Source: Hormiphora californensis
Taxonomy: Eukaryota; Animalia; Ctenophora
Assembly (NCBI GenBank): GCA_020137815.1
Contig: CM035359.1
Span: 372,001 to 436,000 of the forward strand
Direction of reading: 5' to 3'
DNA: 64,000 nucleotides
The notes under the pieces were generated by a model that searched no databases, had not been told where the DNA came from, and saw only the letters and a list, made by a program, of their open reading frames with translations. The position numbers and the translations under genes are program-made. This document shows, in pieces, positions 51,109-64,000 of the stretch. The first letter of the stretch is position 1. Each line of letters begins with the position of its first letter.

Positions 51109-52085
51109 ACTTATCGCTTACCGTTCAGAAGAGGTGGGGTGGTGCACTACAAGACGGAGTGATATCATTCCCCCTGGTGCAGAACTGGGCCAGCCCTGTG
51201 TGTTTGTGTGTGCGTGTGTGTGAGAATGTGTGTTTGTGTCTGTGTCCTATCGCGAAGGTGCTTGTTTTGACACTGAGTTCTATTAAAAGCACAGCATCTT
51301 CGCGCGCGCGTGTGTGTCGCTTTGGTGACACGCGCGCACGTTTTCTGAGATCTGAGAGAGAAGAGCGATTGATGTTTTGAGAGTGAGTTTTCTTTTGTCG
51401 GAGCGAAGCAACTTTCAAAAGCGTGTGTTCTCTCAGTCAACTGAACTGTAACAATCCTTTACCGTTACTTTTACATTCACAAGATAAAAGACAACGTGTT
51501 TACTTTCGCCTTTACGCTCCAGCTGACGGGTACGCCCCATACGTGTCACGAAACCACCCCAAGAACGTCCCTTTCCAAACACACCCGTATCGGCAGTCCT
51601 TACTTTACACCACCCCCGCCCCGGCCCCCCTCTCTCTCCCCTTGATCTTCTCTATTCCTCTCACAACAAATTTAATCTCCCAGGAAAGATCATGACAGAC
51701 TATCACTTGGACGTGTAGCAATATCTGGATTTAAAGGCCGTGAGAGAAGATTGAAGAGGGCATCTGATCCTGGAAGATGGAGCAGGGAAAAGTTTCTTAA
51801 ACTTGTAAACCATCAGTATAACAGAGAGGTACAGGTGTGAACTTTGTGACTCTACTGTTTACAGGGAGTGATTAACCGCTATCAGATATGATGATTTTGT
51901 AGTGTTCTATTGTCCCGGAATCTTGTATGCGTAGGGTCTGAGCGTGTGTATAAATCGATTTGTTATTGTTATTGTGAACTCTTTTATACCGAAATCAGTT
52001 AAACACATACAAAGAAAATTGTCGTTGAATCATCGAAACCATCGATATCTCACTCTATCTATTCCTGTCTTTCTTCATCTCTATA

Positions 52086-52326
<241 letters not shown>

Positions 52327-52439
52327 TCACGTTATCTGAAAAATGGATTATTTGATCGCTGATTGTGTACAATAATACAACTGCAGCTCATGTGTGTACA
52401 AGGGACCTGCACTAGAACGTAGATCCTAACACATGACAG

Positions 52440-53362
52440 TAACGTGACTTCATTATACCATATTTGGTCATCACCTGATGTGGTCTATGCCATTCCCGCC
52501 ACTTCTTTGCGGCAGCGGCTGCGCGCGACGAAGATGGCGACGAAGGGTTCTTCGCGCAAAATTCCGACGCGCAAATCAAAATTGCGCGGCTTTTTAAAAA
52601 ACGACACTCATTTAAAATTTGACTTTACCCGACTAATTTTGATACGCTGAATCACGTAAGCAACATTTCCAATCTGTCTGAGATCGGGAAAGTGTTCTAA
52701 TTGGGCATAATTGGGTCTTGCCCACTTATGGACATGATCACGCATGGACAGTCTGTGCGCGCCCAATGAAGCAGGCCCCTGCTGACACTGCCGTGCGCGC
52801 TACTTTACATGCAATTCACATCGAAAACAACGAAGATTTGGCGCGCACAGGGACTCCCAGCTTGCGCCAGTTGCAGACTGGAGGCTGGCGCCAGAAACTG
52901 GAGCCAGCCTCCAATCTGCAACTGGAGCGTTACGTAACCTTGCTATTTCAGAGAGTAAATTGGAAAAAACGAATCTGACTACTTGCGCCGAACGCAAATA
53001 TTACATGTTTAAACTGCAAGAATTAGTGCGCGGCGCGCGCGGTATTTCGAATTTGGATTTTGAATTTCTGCACAAATTCGAAATTTTAACGCTGGCCCTT
53101 GAAAAGCGCTGCCTTATCCCGCCAGCAACGTTTGCCAACGCTGGCCCCCTCCCGCCTCCAAACGGGAAAAACGTGCAGCTCAAGTCCGTTTCAAGCGACT
53201 TGAGCTGCACGTTTTTCCCGTTCGGAGGGGGCCAGCGTTAAAATCTGGGTGTTTCGTGAGTGCTGGCAAACGGTTTTTTTAGGGTTAGGGCTAGGGTTGA
53301 CATTTCCTACCAGATAAACTTTGAATTAGCCAAAACGGTTGAGTGGTTTGGCGGTGAGAGCT
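52440..53362. mobile_element. GCGC-rich non-coding dispersed repeat; pieces shared with 49150-49340, 50670-50760 and 35280-35572
   Basis: GATACGCTGAATCACGTAAGCAA at 50670 and 52641; CCACTTATGGACATGATCACGC (52722) is inverted at ~49180-49203; internal palindrome 53161-53222; TTAGGG-bearing end. Boundaries approximate. Confidence 0.55.
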
Positions 53363-53868
53363 ATTTTAGTGAATCACCTTTTTTGGCAGTGTGAACTGTG
53401 CACCTGTAAACTGGCCACCAAACACCCATATCGTAACGGCCCCCAATCCCCCGGCCCCGGTTTTCGGAAAGTTTATTTCTTCGATATCTCCAGTTCCTGA
53501 TAAGTTAGGGACTTCATATCGGATGCATTTCAAAGGCCGTGCAATTTTCTTTCTAAGAGAGTGTGTGAGAGACCTAGAGAGTTCCATTTTCCTCACAAAT
53601 AGGAGGGCAATATTGACAGTGTCAAATTTGTTGTAAACAGATTTAATAATAATAATCTTTCTAAAATACTCGTTCTTAATTCTCTCATGATGTCATGAAG
53701 CAGAGATATTGTGATAAACGTGAAGGGGGGGGGGGGGGTGAACAGTGAACACTGAACAATATTTCGGGGGAAGCAATATTCCTCCCTGTAAATCGGAATT
53801 CTGGTAAATAGGGGTCGGGTAAATCGGGGGGTCCGACTGTGCTACCATTCTGCATGTACATCCTTAGC

Positions 53869-55454
53869 ATGACCCAAACAGAGGAAGTGGAGCCCCCTCC
53901 ACAAATACCTGAGAAACGTACCTCTAATGAAGAGCCGCCTTCATCAAAAACAATGCGATATGATCGCCAACTACGGCTCTGGGGAGAAGAAGGGCAGTCC
54001 CTTCTCGAATCTGCTTCCATCTGTCTATTAAACGGGACTACTCTCGGTTGTGAAATCCTCAAGAATTTGATATTACCTGGGATTGGGGAGGTGACTATTG
54101 TTGATAATAACACCGTTACACTGACAGACATTCAAAGTAATTTCTTCCTCGCACCACGGGATCTCAGTAAACCAAGAGGAGAATCAGTAGCACGGTATTT
54201 GTCCCTCCTTAATCCTGAATCAACAATCAAAACCATCACAACCCCCTGTCCAGAGTTTATCCAGAACAACCTGGGGGCGTTAAAAAACTACTCCCTGTTC
54301 ATTGTGTGTAATCTCCACTACAGCGAGTACCAGGACCTCGCACAACTCGCCTGGGATACGAACACACCTCTAGTGGTGGCTGATTGTCTTGGTATGTACT
54401 CAGTGGTGAGGCTAGTTGTAAAGGAGCACTGTGTGATTGAAAGTAAGCCAGATACCCCTCTCCCTGATTTGAGGCTTGATAAGCCCTACACTGAGTTGAT
54501 CGAGTTCTACCAGCATATAGAGCTGGACACACTGACTAGCACTGAACATGCCCATGTGCCCTTTGTGGTGATACTGCTGAAGTGTCTGGATCAGTGGAAG
54601 GCAGATCACGGAGGGGAAATACCAAGCAATTACTAAGGAGAAGAAGGAATTTCAAAAAGCTGATTAACTCTCCTACGAAGGAAACCGGAGGAAGAGAACT
54701 TTACTGAAGCGTGTAACATGGTTAACAAGTGTGTGACATTCTCCATCCAACCCTCTAACCGATCTATTCTCTGATCCACTGAGCACTCCATCTCGGACCT
54801 CAACTATGTTTTGGCTAACTGTAGCAGGGATAAAACAGTTCTACACGGTGCGTGGTGTGTTGCCTATATCAGGTGTGATTAGTGATATGACTGCAGACAC
54901 TGAGAGTTTTATAGCACTTACAATCTCTCTACCAATATAAAGCTGAGTCATGATGCGAAGGAGGTAGCAGGGTATGTTAATGGGTTTACCTGCTTCTCTT
55001 AACCTCCCCCTCGTTCCCTGGGAATTTAGTCAGGAAAATGACTAAAAACTGTCGGTTTTTGAAAGTTATCAGGACATCACCCGTCGACACTAAATTACCA
55101 GCAGATTATGATGAAGATGATTTGATCTCAATTCCTTTACTAATGAAGTGTGTACGGGAGTTTGAGAGACAACACTCCCGTTGTCCCGGTGATACAGACA
55201 CTAACCTAGTAGGAGATGAAGAGAAACTGTCTGCTCTTCTTGGAACACTACAGAAGGGTGTTACCGAGATTCAGAGTATGTTTGTTAAGGACTTTGTGAG
55301 GTTTGGGGGAACCGAGGTTCCTTCAGTTGCTGCGTTTACGGGGGGTATAGCAGCTCACGAGTGCATCAAACTACTGACTAAACAATATGTGCCAGTAGAC
55401 AACTGCTTTGTTTATAACGCTGCCACACAGATAACAACTGTTTTCAAGATATGA
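53869..55454 (+). CDS. NAE1: NEDD8-activating enzyme E1 regulatory subunit (APP-BP1), apparently intronless; frameshifted at ~54630-55020 in this sequence
   Basis: RYDRQLRLWGEEGQ, GCEILKNLILPGIG, SNFFL, EHCVIESKPD, DLRLDKPY, HAHVPFVVIL; across the shifts EEENFTEA and LPISGVISDMTADTESFIAL; C-terminus VAAFTGGIAAHECIKLLTKQYVPVDNCFVYNA. Confidence 0.92.
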
Positions 55455-55717
55455 TGGAGTCTTCAAAATGTGGTAGATAGAGAAAGATCGTGTTCGGTGA
55501 TGCAGTGTTACCTTGTTTATCTTTTTTATCGTCCGTCGTTGTTCGTATTTTGTTCGTGTGTAGTGGTTACTGGTTGCATAAGAATGGTTCTGTGAACTAA
55601 AAATGTGCTATTTTTCCACTTCTTATTTCCTGTTTCATTGCTGTTTTTTGTAGCATACGCCAAATATTTGGGTACTGTCTGACTAATTTAATCTAATCGA
55701 CAATCTACTTCCTTAGA

Positions 55718-57487
55718 ATGGAGTTGCCTCACATTGGAGAATCTTGCTCACACACCAGCTGCAGCCGTCTTGATTTCCTCCCCTACAAGTGTGACCTGTG
55801 CTCCAGGATCTTTTGTGAGGACCACAGGGTGTATGAGAACCATGACTGCCCAGAGAGGTATAAGGTGGATGCACAGGTTCCTGTGTGTCCCAAATGTGGC
55901 GATATTATCCCAATGAAACCAGGCGAAGACCCAAACTTCAAGGTGAATAATAATTTCCTGATCTAGAGACTTTGAAAACTCATTATTTCCTGGTGCTTCA
56001 ACCCCCCCCCCCTCTGGCCTCTGCTATTACTGATTACTTTGAAAACTCATTTCAATTCTGGTATTTTCTCTTACAACTCATTTCATAGGTCAACACACAC
56101 ATTGAAAATAACTGTCGGAAAACGCCGAAGGTGAAAGCTTATTCCAACAAGTGCAATAAACGTGGTTGTAAAAAGAAAGAAGCTATTCCAGTAAAGTGTA
56201 GCAATTGTAAACTAAACTTCTGCCTGGCACATCGATTTGAACAGGTATAAATCTTAACCCCGATGTAACGGCCTTCCTTTCAATAATACCTCGATAAACC
56301 GCATTATCCAAATTGAGAACAGATTTGGTGGATCTATAGATTGAGAGTTCAGTTGTTTGATCTGTAACTGATAGTTACTAATAGTTACTAACTTTATTCC
56401 TATAGGATCACGACTGCCAAGGGTTTGTCCACCCCTCTGTTAGGAACACAAGACCCACCCAACCTTCAAACAATAGCAGGTAATTGTTCATTCTTTATTG
56501 TGCTACTATGTACCAATTTACCGTTCATGCCTATTGAGTATTGACCAAGCTACATATCACACCCATGGCAACCGCTCTTATCAAGTTAAACATATCTCCT
56601 TATGACTACAATGTGATTGCCATTGTTTTCCTCAGACCGGTTCCTAGCACGTCTAATGACGAGGCTCTGGCAAGGAGGTTAGCGGAACAAGAGGACGAGG
56701 CGCTGGCGAGGGCTTTACAGGCTTCACTGGTAGAGGAAAGATATGCTTCGGGGAGGAACAATCAACAACGACCTCAAAGACAGGTACAGACCCAAAATTA
56801 TCTGACAGTCAAATAATTTCTGTTGTCATCTTTTCACTGTCAAGTTGAAAAGTAAGGTAAGATTGAAGTTTTAAATGTAAATATGTATCAACTTCATCTC
56901 GTCTCATCTGGCCACTGCATTGTCTAAATTTGTAGTGAGCTAGTTCTTCTGTTTGTGTTTCGTTACCTAATTTTAACCCCCTTCCGATTGTCTTTCTGGT
57001 CGACACACAATGTGTCTAGATGTGTCATGTCACAATACCTGCAATCTCTCTGTATCCCCATCCAACCTTTATGTATCCCCATCCTATCTCTGTATCCCCA
57101 TCCTATCTCTCTGTATCCCCATCCTATCTCTCTGTATCCCCATCCAACCTTTATGTATCCCCATCCTATCTCTGTATCCCCATCCTATCTCTCTGTATCC
57201 CCATCCTATCTCTCTGTATCCCCATTCAATCTCTCCCCCCATTTTATAGCAAAAGTTGATTCGCTTCCTTAGACGGCCTTAATCAGTGTGGTATGGTTAT
57301 GTTGTTTTATCATTAAATACTGCTTGATATATGACAAGCTTCACTTCCTCTATTTCAAAATTTAATCTTATTTCATACAAATGATTCATTTATGGCCCTC
57401 AATGTTTAATTTCCAAGTACACAAACACATTCATATCAAAAATTGTTTTTTCAGGAATCTAACAGCTCTAGTTGCAACATTAGTTGA
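55718..57487 (+). CDS. ZFAND2B: AN1-type zinc finger protein 2B (AIRAPL-like): two AN1 fingers, UIM-like helices, C-terminal CaaX
   Basis: Exons 55718-55942 (MELPHIGESCSHTSCSRLDFLPYKCDLC...QVPVCPKC), 56089-56244 (NKCNKRGCKKKE...CSNCKLNFCLAHRFE), 56406-56479, 56636-56783 (DEALARRLAEQEDEALARALQASL), 57455-57487 (ESNSSSCNIS*). Confidence 0.88.
57045..57235. repeat. ~19-21-bp minisatellite in the last ZFAND2B intron
   Basis: Repeated TGTATCCCCATCC(TATCTC/AACCTTTA). Confidence 0.9.
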
Positions 57488-58000
57488 TCTCAACAATGAA
57501 CAAGCTGCTCAGTGTTGAACTATTCGTTCTATCTCCGTGCAATTCTGGAAAAAACAAAACGGGACGAACGGTTCAAGCTCAGAGTGTTGTTAGAGAAACT
57601 AATGAACCAATGTGCTGCTCACAGTGTAGAGAGAAACAAAAGCAAGATAGCAAATTACCGAACTCAACTCAGCAACAATTGGAAATTGATTTTAGATTTG
57701 TGTTTTTTGAGGGAAATATTAAATCAAATAGATTTGTGATGGTATATTATATAGATTTGTAAAAAGATGCTTCTAATAAACTGCGAAATGTAATTGTTAC
57801 AGATTTAGATTTTACAAATTAACTATACTTGTTGCGTTTACTTTTTTCCATCTCTCGGGCAAGAGCTTTGCTTTGCTCCCTGTTAGTGATCCAGCCCTGC
57901 CTGGACTAAGCGATAAAAAAACCCTTTATTATCTTCATTAATATATTATCTCCATACTAGACATGATGACGACTTGATATCACACTCTCTCCTGGTAACC

Positions 58001-59299
58001 ATGGTGGATTGCAAGCAGCTATTTCAAGAATTCAACCCAGGCAGATTTATTGTATTTTTCTCACTCCTTCTCTTTGGTATTCTCCTCTCACTGCGACTAG
58101 ATGGATTGTTGGAGTGTAGCTATTGGACAATCTTCCTGCCGCTGTGGCTGTGGAAACTCCTCACCATATGTGGATGTATAGTCGGCATCCACTCCTACAT
58201 TAGACAACATGTAAGTGGGAGAGAACCCGGAGAGAACAGCTGTTATTAGTGACATAACTTCTCAAAAGTCTAATAAGACACAATTTAAACGAACTGTAAC
58301 AACTAGATACGTTTTAGAATTGTGGCATTACTAATCTCCCCCTCTTCTCCTCAGGAGGTAGTACGAGAGATGGGAACGATAGCAGATTTCCAAGCAATGC
58401 TCCTATCCACCTCCCTTCAACTCCTTCTCCTCTCCTTCGAGGGGTGTCTCTGCTACAAACTAACCTTTGGTTCAGCGTTCCTTTCCTGGTACATTGTCTT
58501 CACCCCCCTCTTCCTCCTCTCAGTCCTGTCTGTGGTCATGTGTGTGTGGGGGTGGAAGAAGGAACGGCCCTTGGAACTCGAACTGTTGTTCTCTGTCAAT
58601 ATGATCCAGTTTGTGCTGATTGTGTTGAGGTTGGAGGAGCTGGTGGTTTGGAACTGGCAGTTCATCCTAGTTCCGCTTTGGATAGTGCTGGGTATCTGCA
58701 GTATTGCTATGGTGTATTATATTGCACTTACTGCGGTGCTGTTGTGTACTAATGACATACTACCATCACTGAGGACACCCCGCACTGCAGCTTCCTGTCT
58801 CTACTCACTCTCTAACTTCTCTCTGATTCTCTTTCTGGGGCTGTTGGTGACAAAAGTTGACAATCCTGAGCAGTCTTCAGTTTCATTCACAGGTATTTTT
58901 TATTTTGTTGTTAATAATATTTCTTCAGTTTATTATTCCACCATACTAATTCTTACAGTTTTCTGTGATTTACAACAGGGAGGGACTCCCTTCTTACCGT
59001 AACAAAACCTCCCATTTTCAGCGGTGTTCCTACCCTACCATCTCGGGATTGGCGCCCTTGTCTTCTCCGCCTTCTACCACAAAGGTGGAAATCCCTGGTG
59101 GTTCGGTATCCGGGATGAGTTCTGTATCTTTCTCCTCAGGAGATTCCCTGCCATTAGGGTATACGGGAACATTTCCTTTATCTGTGAGCCTGGGGAGAGT
59201 CAGATCCCAACCCTGGAGGTACCTGTACATGTGGAGAGCAGTGAGAGCAAGAACTCCCTTCCTAAGATCACTTTCAGTAATTTGGAGCTGCCTGATTAG
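58001..59299 (+). CDS. TMEM185: Transmembrane protein 185 family
   Basis: Exons 58001-58210 (LFQEFNPGRF...LRLDG...YWTIFLPLWLWK), 58355-58892 (WGWKKERPLELELLFSVNMIQF), 59022-59299 (KGGNPWWFGIRDEFC...YGNIS...LELPD*). Confidence 0.9.
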
Positions 59300-59715
59300 T
59301 GAGATGTAAAGGAACTTCTAGGAGAGAGATAGGGAATACCTGATTAGGAAAAAGGTGTTCAGACGTGTGTAGGGAATGCCTGATTAGGATGTGTAGGAGC
59401 TTGCTAGGAATTGGATGTCTCTGGAAGACAGTTCAAGACGGTGGTGCCTGGTGGTCTATCTGGTTGTGTTGGGATGCATCCCAACAACAACATCCGGATG
59501 TTTCAGATCGGGTCCACTAGACAGGTGGATGGTGAACCATGGGTGGTGACTGGTGAGACTTGAAACAGGAATATAAAATCAGAGAGAGGCCTTTCTCACC
59601 TGTTTAAAGGGACGGTTAAATGTGATCTCAACTGCCAGTACATTACTGAACATTTGACAACTTCTCAGTGAATGGTAACGAGACAGTTTGGGACAGGTGT
59701 TTATGTGTGTTTATG

Positions 59716-60650
59716 ATAATGGTCTCAGTAAGTTTGAAAAGATACAAAAAAGGGCTGTGAAATTTATTCTTAATGAACAATATGCTAGCTACACTGACAC
59801 TGAATATAGAGAGAAATTATGTGAACTGAAACTACTTCCGATGTCCCTCAAATTCCTTTACACCGATATATCTCTTCTGCACAAAATAGTTTATTCTCAC
59901 ATTCCTCTGCAACTACCTGCATACCTACACATGTATGACAGACAATCCGATTTTACTAGAACAACGAGATTCCAGAGTGAGAGAGATGACCTTCATATTG
60001 TTTGTACCGAGAGGGCAAGACTTGAGTCATTTGAGCAGTCATTTTTCTACAGAACACATTTGGCCTGGAATTTACTTCCACTGTCTCTAAGAGAAATATG
60101 TAACCCTTCACTTTTTTCCATTAAACTCAAGAACCACATGCTAGAACATGGAGTAACATGAAATATCTTCTACTACAGCTGTATCTCTATTACTAGCCCT
60201 CTAATCCTAGATTTAAGGAAAGTACAGCTGTGAAGCACTTTGCTGCACTCTCTTTCTCTCTCCCTCCCTCACTCTCGCTCTCTCTCTCTCTCTCTCTCTC
60301 CCTCATTCTCCCCTTCTCTCAAAACCTCTCTAATATATCTCTCCCTCCTGCACTCTTTCTACTTCCTAAAACACTCTCCAGCATGACTATATGACGTGAC
60401 TCACCGACAGGACAAAATAATCTAAAATACACAAAAATAAAATTTAATAAATCAATACCTCTAATTTATTAACTAATTTATTATCTACATTACCCTATAA
60501 ATTGATTTAGTGTGACTCTGCGGCGTAAGCGTCTAATTAGACCTGCCTCTAATCTGCTCTATATACAGGGACTTATATATATTTATATTTTTATGTGTGC
60601 TACTTTTCCTGTATATGTTGCAAATTAGTTTAAAATCAAAATCAAAATCA
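59716..60650 (+). mobile_element. 5'-truncated LINE (CR1/L2/Jockey-group): RT C-terminal region, 3' UTR and (AAAATC)n tail
   Basis: FEKIQKRAVKFIL...LKLLPM...SFFYRTHLAWNLLP...FSIKLK; tail AAAATCAAAATCAAAATCA at 60632-60650; TGTGTGTTTATG duplicated at 59704-59715 and 60653-60664 (TSD-like). Confidence 0.82.
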
Positions 60651-61188
60651 TGTGTGTGTTTATGTCTTTATGTGTCTTTATGTGTATCGACCACCCAAAT
60701 TTAGTAGACTATCGGAGCAAATCTTATGTCCCAATTACAATATCTTACTAAAACTCTCCCAACTTGTAATACTCTGGCGAAGCTAGTTTTCCATTTTTTA
60801 CCCTGAGCAACAACAAGTGTACCAGATCTATAAACTTATTATTTTTGTGTGGTTTTATGTTGTCACAAAATTTTAACAACTCCAAACTAGTGTGTTTTAT
60901 TAGACCTGCGTCCAACCCTCCGAACCCAATAAAGACTTGCCTTACCACCCGGACCCAAGTTAGTCCCAATGATCACCCTTCGAACCGTTCGTGCTGTTGC
61001 ACCGGTTCAACTAGTCCCCCTGGTAAACCCGACTCCCTCTGCACTATAGCACCTACTCCCCACAGCTCCCTCCCTGCTCCCTCTACACTATGGCATAAAC
61101 TCCTCTATCCCTCCCGAGTTGCCAACCCAACACTCCTTTGTATTTGCACTATAACCCATCCCCCAAACAGAGGACCCTCACATACACT

Positions 61189-63265
61189 ATGAGAGATGAA
61201 CCGCCCACAACAGAGGACCAAAATGGAACCTCACCCACCCCCCTTATTGAGGACAAACTCAACGAACTCTTAGTCCCTGTTGAACCATATCTAGAGAACA
61301 GGATCCAGGAGTTTGGGATGGAGGGGGAGGAGACAATGGTTCAAACTCCCTCTCTTTCCGAGAAACTGTTGGAGAGTTCCGGGAAGATTGATTACAAGTT
61401 TGTGATAAAGAAGGATGAGAAGGAGCCTAGTGATGAGCAGAAGGAGCATCCCTGGACCGAGGTGAGATTGTTACTTTAACTACAGAAAGAAAGAGAAAGA
61501 GGGAGAGAGAGACAACCCCGAAACAAACCCCCGCAAGACCAACCTCCACACCTAACAGCAATGTATTTTCAGGTGATAAAACATTTGAATGAATCCCTAA
61601 CTGAAATGAATGTGCTGAGTGACCTGATGACACTACTCCAACAACGACAGTATATGATGTTAGATTCAGTGCAACAGCCCCGACCAATCTTCAATACTTC
61701 ACAGGTTAGGAATAGTCGAGCCGGGGGGGGGGGCATAATATATATGGGGAAACTGAGCAATGTCCGATATGGAGCCGTTATGTCGGGCCGGACAGTGGGC
61801 CGGGAAAACCATCTACAAACTCTCTATCAACCTCTCTTTTTGCAGGTACTGATAGCAAAGAAGAAGGGAGTGAGGGCAGGGTCTAAGATTCTACAAGATG
61901 GCATTGAGGGGATGGGGATGGGGAAGGTAGGCAGGTTTCATCGTGCACTGGCAGATCTAAGCAGCAGGTAATTAACTGTTTGGTAACGAAGTTACCCCTC
62001 CCTTGCCAGCGCACGAAGATCGCGAAGAAAAGGGGTTATTTCGTCACCAAACTAACTATACAGGTAGTATACCTTGGATTTAAACGAACTCTTTTTAGTA
62101 TTCACCTCTTAGAATAGGATTACGTAATTTGAAGGTGTTGAACCACCTGTTTTTACCCCACAATCTGAGTTATTCCCTCATTGTCAGGTTCAAGATGAAG
62201 AAACAAGGGACATTTATCCTTGGTGATGCAACTTACAGATCATGTGGGGTTCAAGTCCCTCTATTTGAGGAGGGTCTATTCGAGGTTAGTTGCATATGAC
62301 ATTATATCCGTTAAGTTACCTAAGCACTCGTCTCTCCTACCTCTACTAAAACCACATCTACTAACTAACTACCGGCCTCTACTAACTAACCACGTCTACT
62401 AGCCTCCTCTATTAACCACACTATCTTCCCACAGGTGACCAGGAACGATAACCCAATAGAATACCCTCTCAAAGTGGTCCTAGAGCCAAGTGTAGAGATG
62501 CTCTCCTTCCTCACAATCTCAGACACCCCCCACACCACTACACCACCAACACCCATCCCTGGTTTCTGGAAACATCTACCCTTTCCCTTCGCTCAAATCC
62601 TGGGAATTCTTTACTCTCAATTCGCTAAGGAGTTGTTTCTGTTGTTGTCGGTGGACTGTCAGACAGTGACCATGTATAGGAGGGCCATAGCACGACCTGT
62701 CGATAATACGATATCTCTGCAACTCTTTGAGGGACAAAAGGTTAGTCATTGGAAATATTCCAACTTCCCTACCAACCGTTCCCACACCCCTAACAACCGT
62801 CCCCACACCCCTAACAACAATTCTCCTGTAGCTTTACATACAGAAGCACGTGGTACCCGCCCTAGTTCCAGACACGCTCCACGCACCAGCGGGTACTGTA
62901 GGAATCGAGGAGCTGTGTCTTCAGCTAATGCTACACAAACGACACAAGGAAAACTATGAAAACGACAGCTGGGAGAATGGGGTAAGGTCACTTGATATAT
63001 TTTGGTACACATTTTAGAGTTTTAGTAAAAATGAGGTGTGGTCGACACTAATTGTGAATGCTTGTGAAATGGACAAAGATGTACTTCTCTCTGAGGTTAA
63101 CACATCATTTGAACTAGGTTGCATTTAGTAAGATAATGTTGGAGATAACGAACAACAAGCCGCGACCTCAGCAGTTCCTGACCTTCCTTCTTGGAATGTA
63201 TGAACACAAAATGAAGAGAGCCGAACTGATGAGGAGACTGGAGGAGCTGACTCAAGGCCGTAAAG
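61189..63265 (+). CDS. MED17: Mediator complex subunit 17 (5' part; continues beyond the last exon identified here)
   Basis: Exons 61189-61461 (IQEFGMEGEET...PSLSEKL...PW), 61573-61704 (LNESLTEMNVLSDLM...YMMLDSV), 61846-61967 (LIAKKKG...KIL), 62188-62284 (ILGDATYRSCG...GLFE), 62435-62740, 62832-62981, 63118-63265. Motif order matches animal MED17. Confidence 0.85.
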
Positions 63266-63287
63266 GTTAGCTTTTATAATACACAGT

Positions 63288-63735
<448 letters not shown>

Positions 63736-64000
63736 TAGGTCCCTTTTTGGTTTCTAATCGCAGCATTACATTATTTCATGATGTAATATTGTCGAAATAA
63801 TGCGCTATATGAGAAACGAGACGAACTTCTGTGAAAATCGTATTTTAGACGTCATAATGACGTCATTTGACGTAATTAGTGACGTCGTAACGACGTAATT
63901 GCATCACGATATATTTTGAACCAATACCCCAAAGGAGCTTGTAAAGTTTCATTGACCACAGTGGTCAGGAAAGGGAGTTTTTGCTCGAAAAACGTTCAAT

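Noticed and set aside
57484-57762. Small ORFs between ZFAND2B and TMEM185
   Set aside because: They overlap the inferred ZFAND2B last exon and 3' UTR and have no recognisable motifs.

Overview
This is eukaryotic, intron-rich animal DNA with dense (GA)n/(CT)n microsatellites, most likely from a ctenophore (Pleurobrachia-like). That assignment is inferred from a spliced-leader-like 41-mer at 43620-43660, a 109-bp TIR repeat and a protein domain I recall from ctenophore gene sets; none was database-checked. Genes reconstructed by reading exons and splice phases: a minus-strand multi-Ig cell-adhesion-type gene (~3570-15256; signal peptide + 4 Ig domains, 3' end unresolved); TIM44 (37109-47635) with a nested antisense secreted lectin-like gene in one intron; and a co-oriented cluster NAE1 (intronless, frameshifted in this assembly), ZFAND2B/AIRAPL, TMEM185 and MED17 (partial). 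Mobile DNA includes a MULE transposase remnant, two hAT-type elements with 8-bp TSDs, several MITE/foldback elements, a LINE 3' end with TSD, and an RT-less CRE-type endonuclease ORF. Most notable: (1) tandem arrays whose units are splice junctions of the host gene; (2) a genomic spliced-leader copy joined to a short mRNA-like tag between direct repeats; (3) an operon-like cluster with acceptors just before the start codons; (4) several spacer-less palindromes up to ~400 bp. Some stretches look like low-quality read ends.
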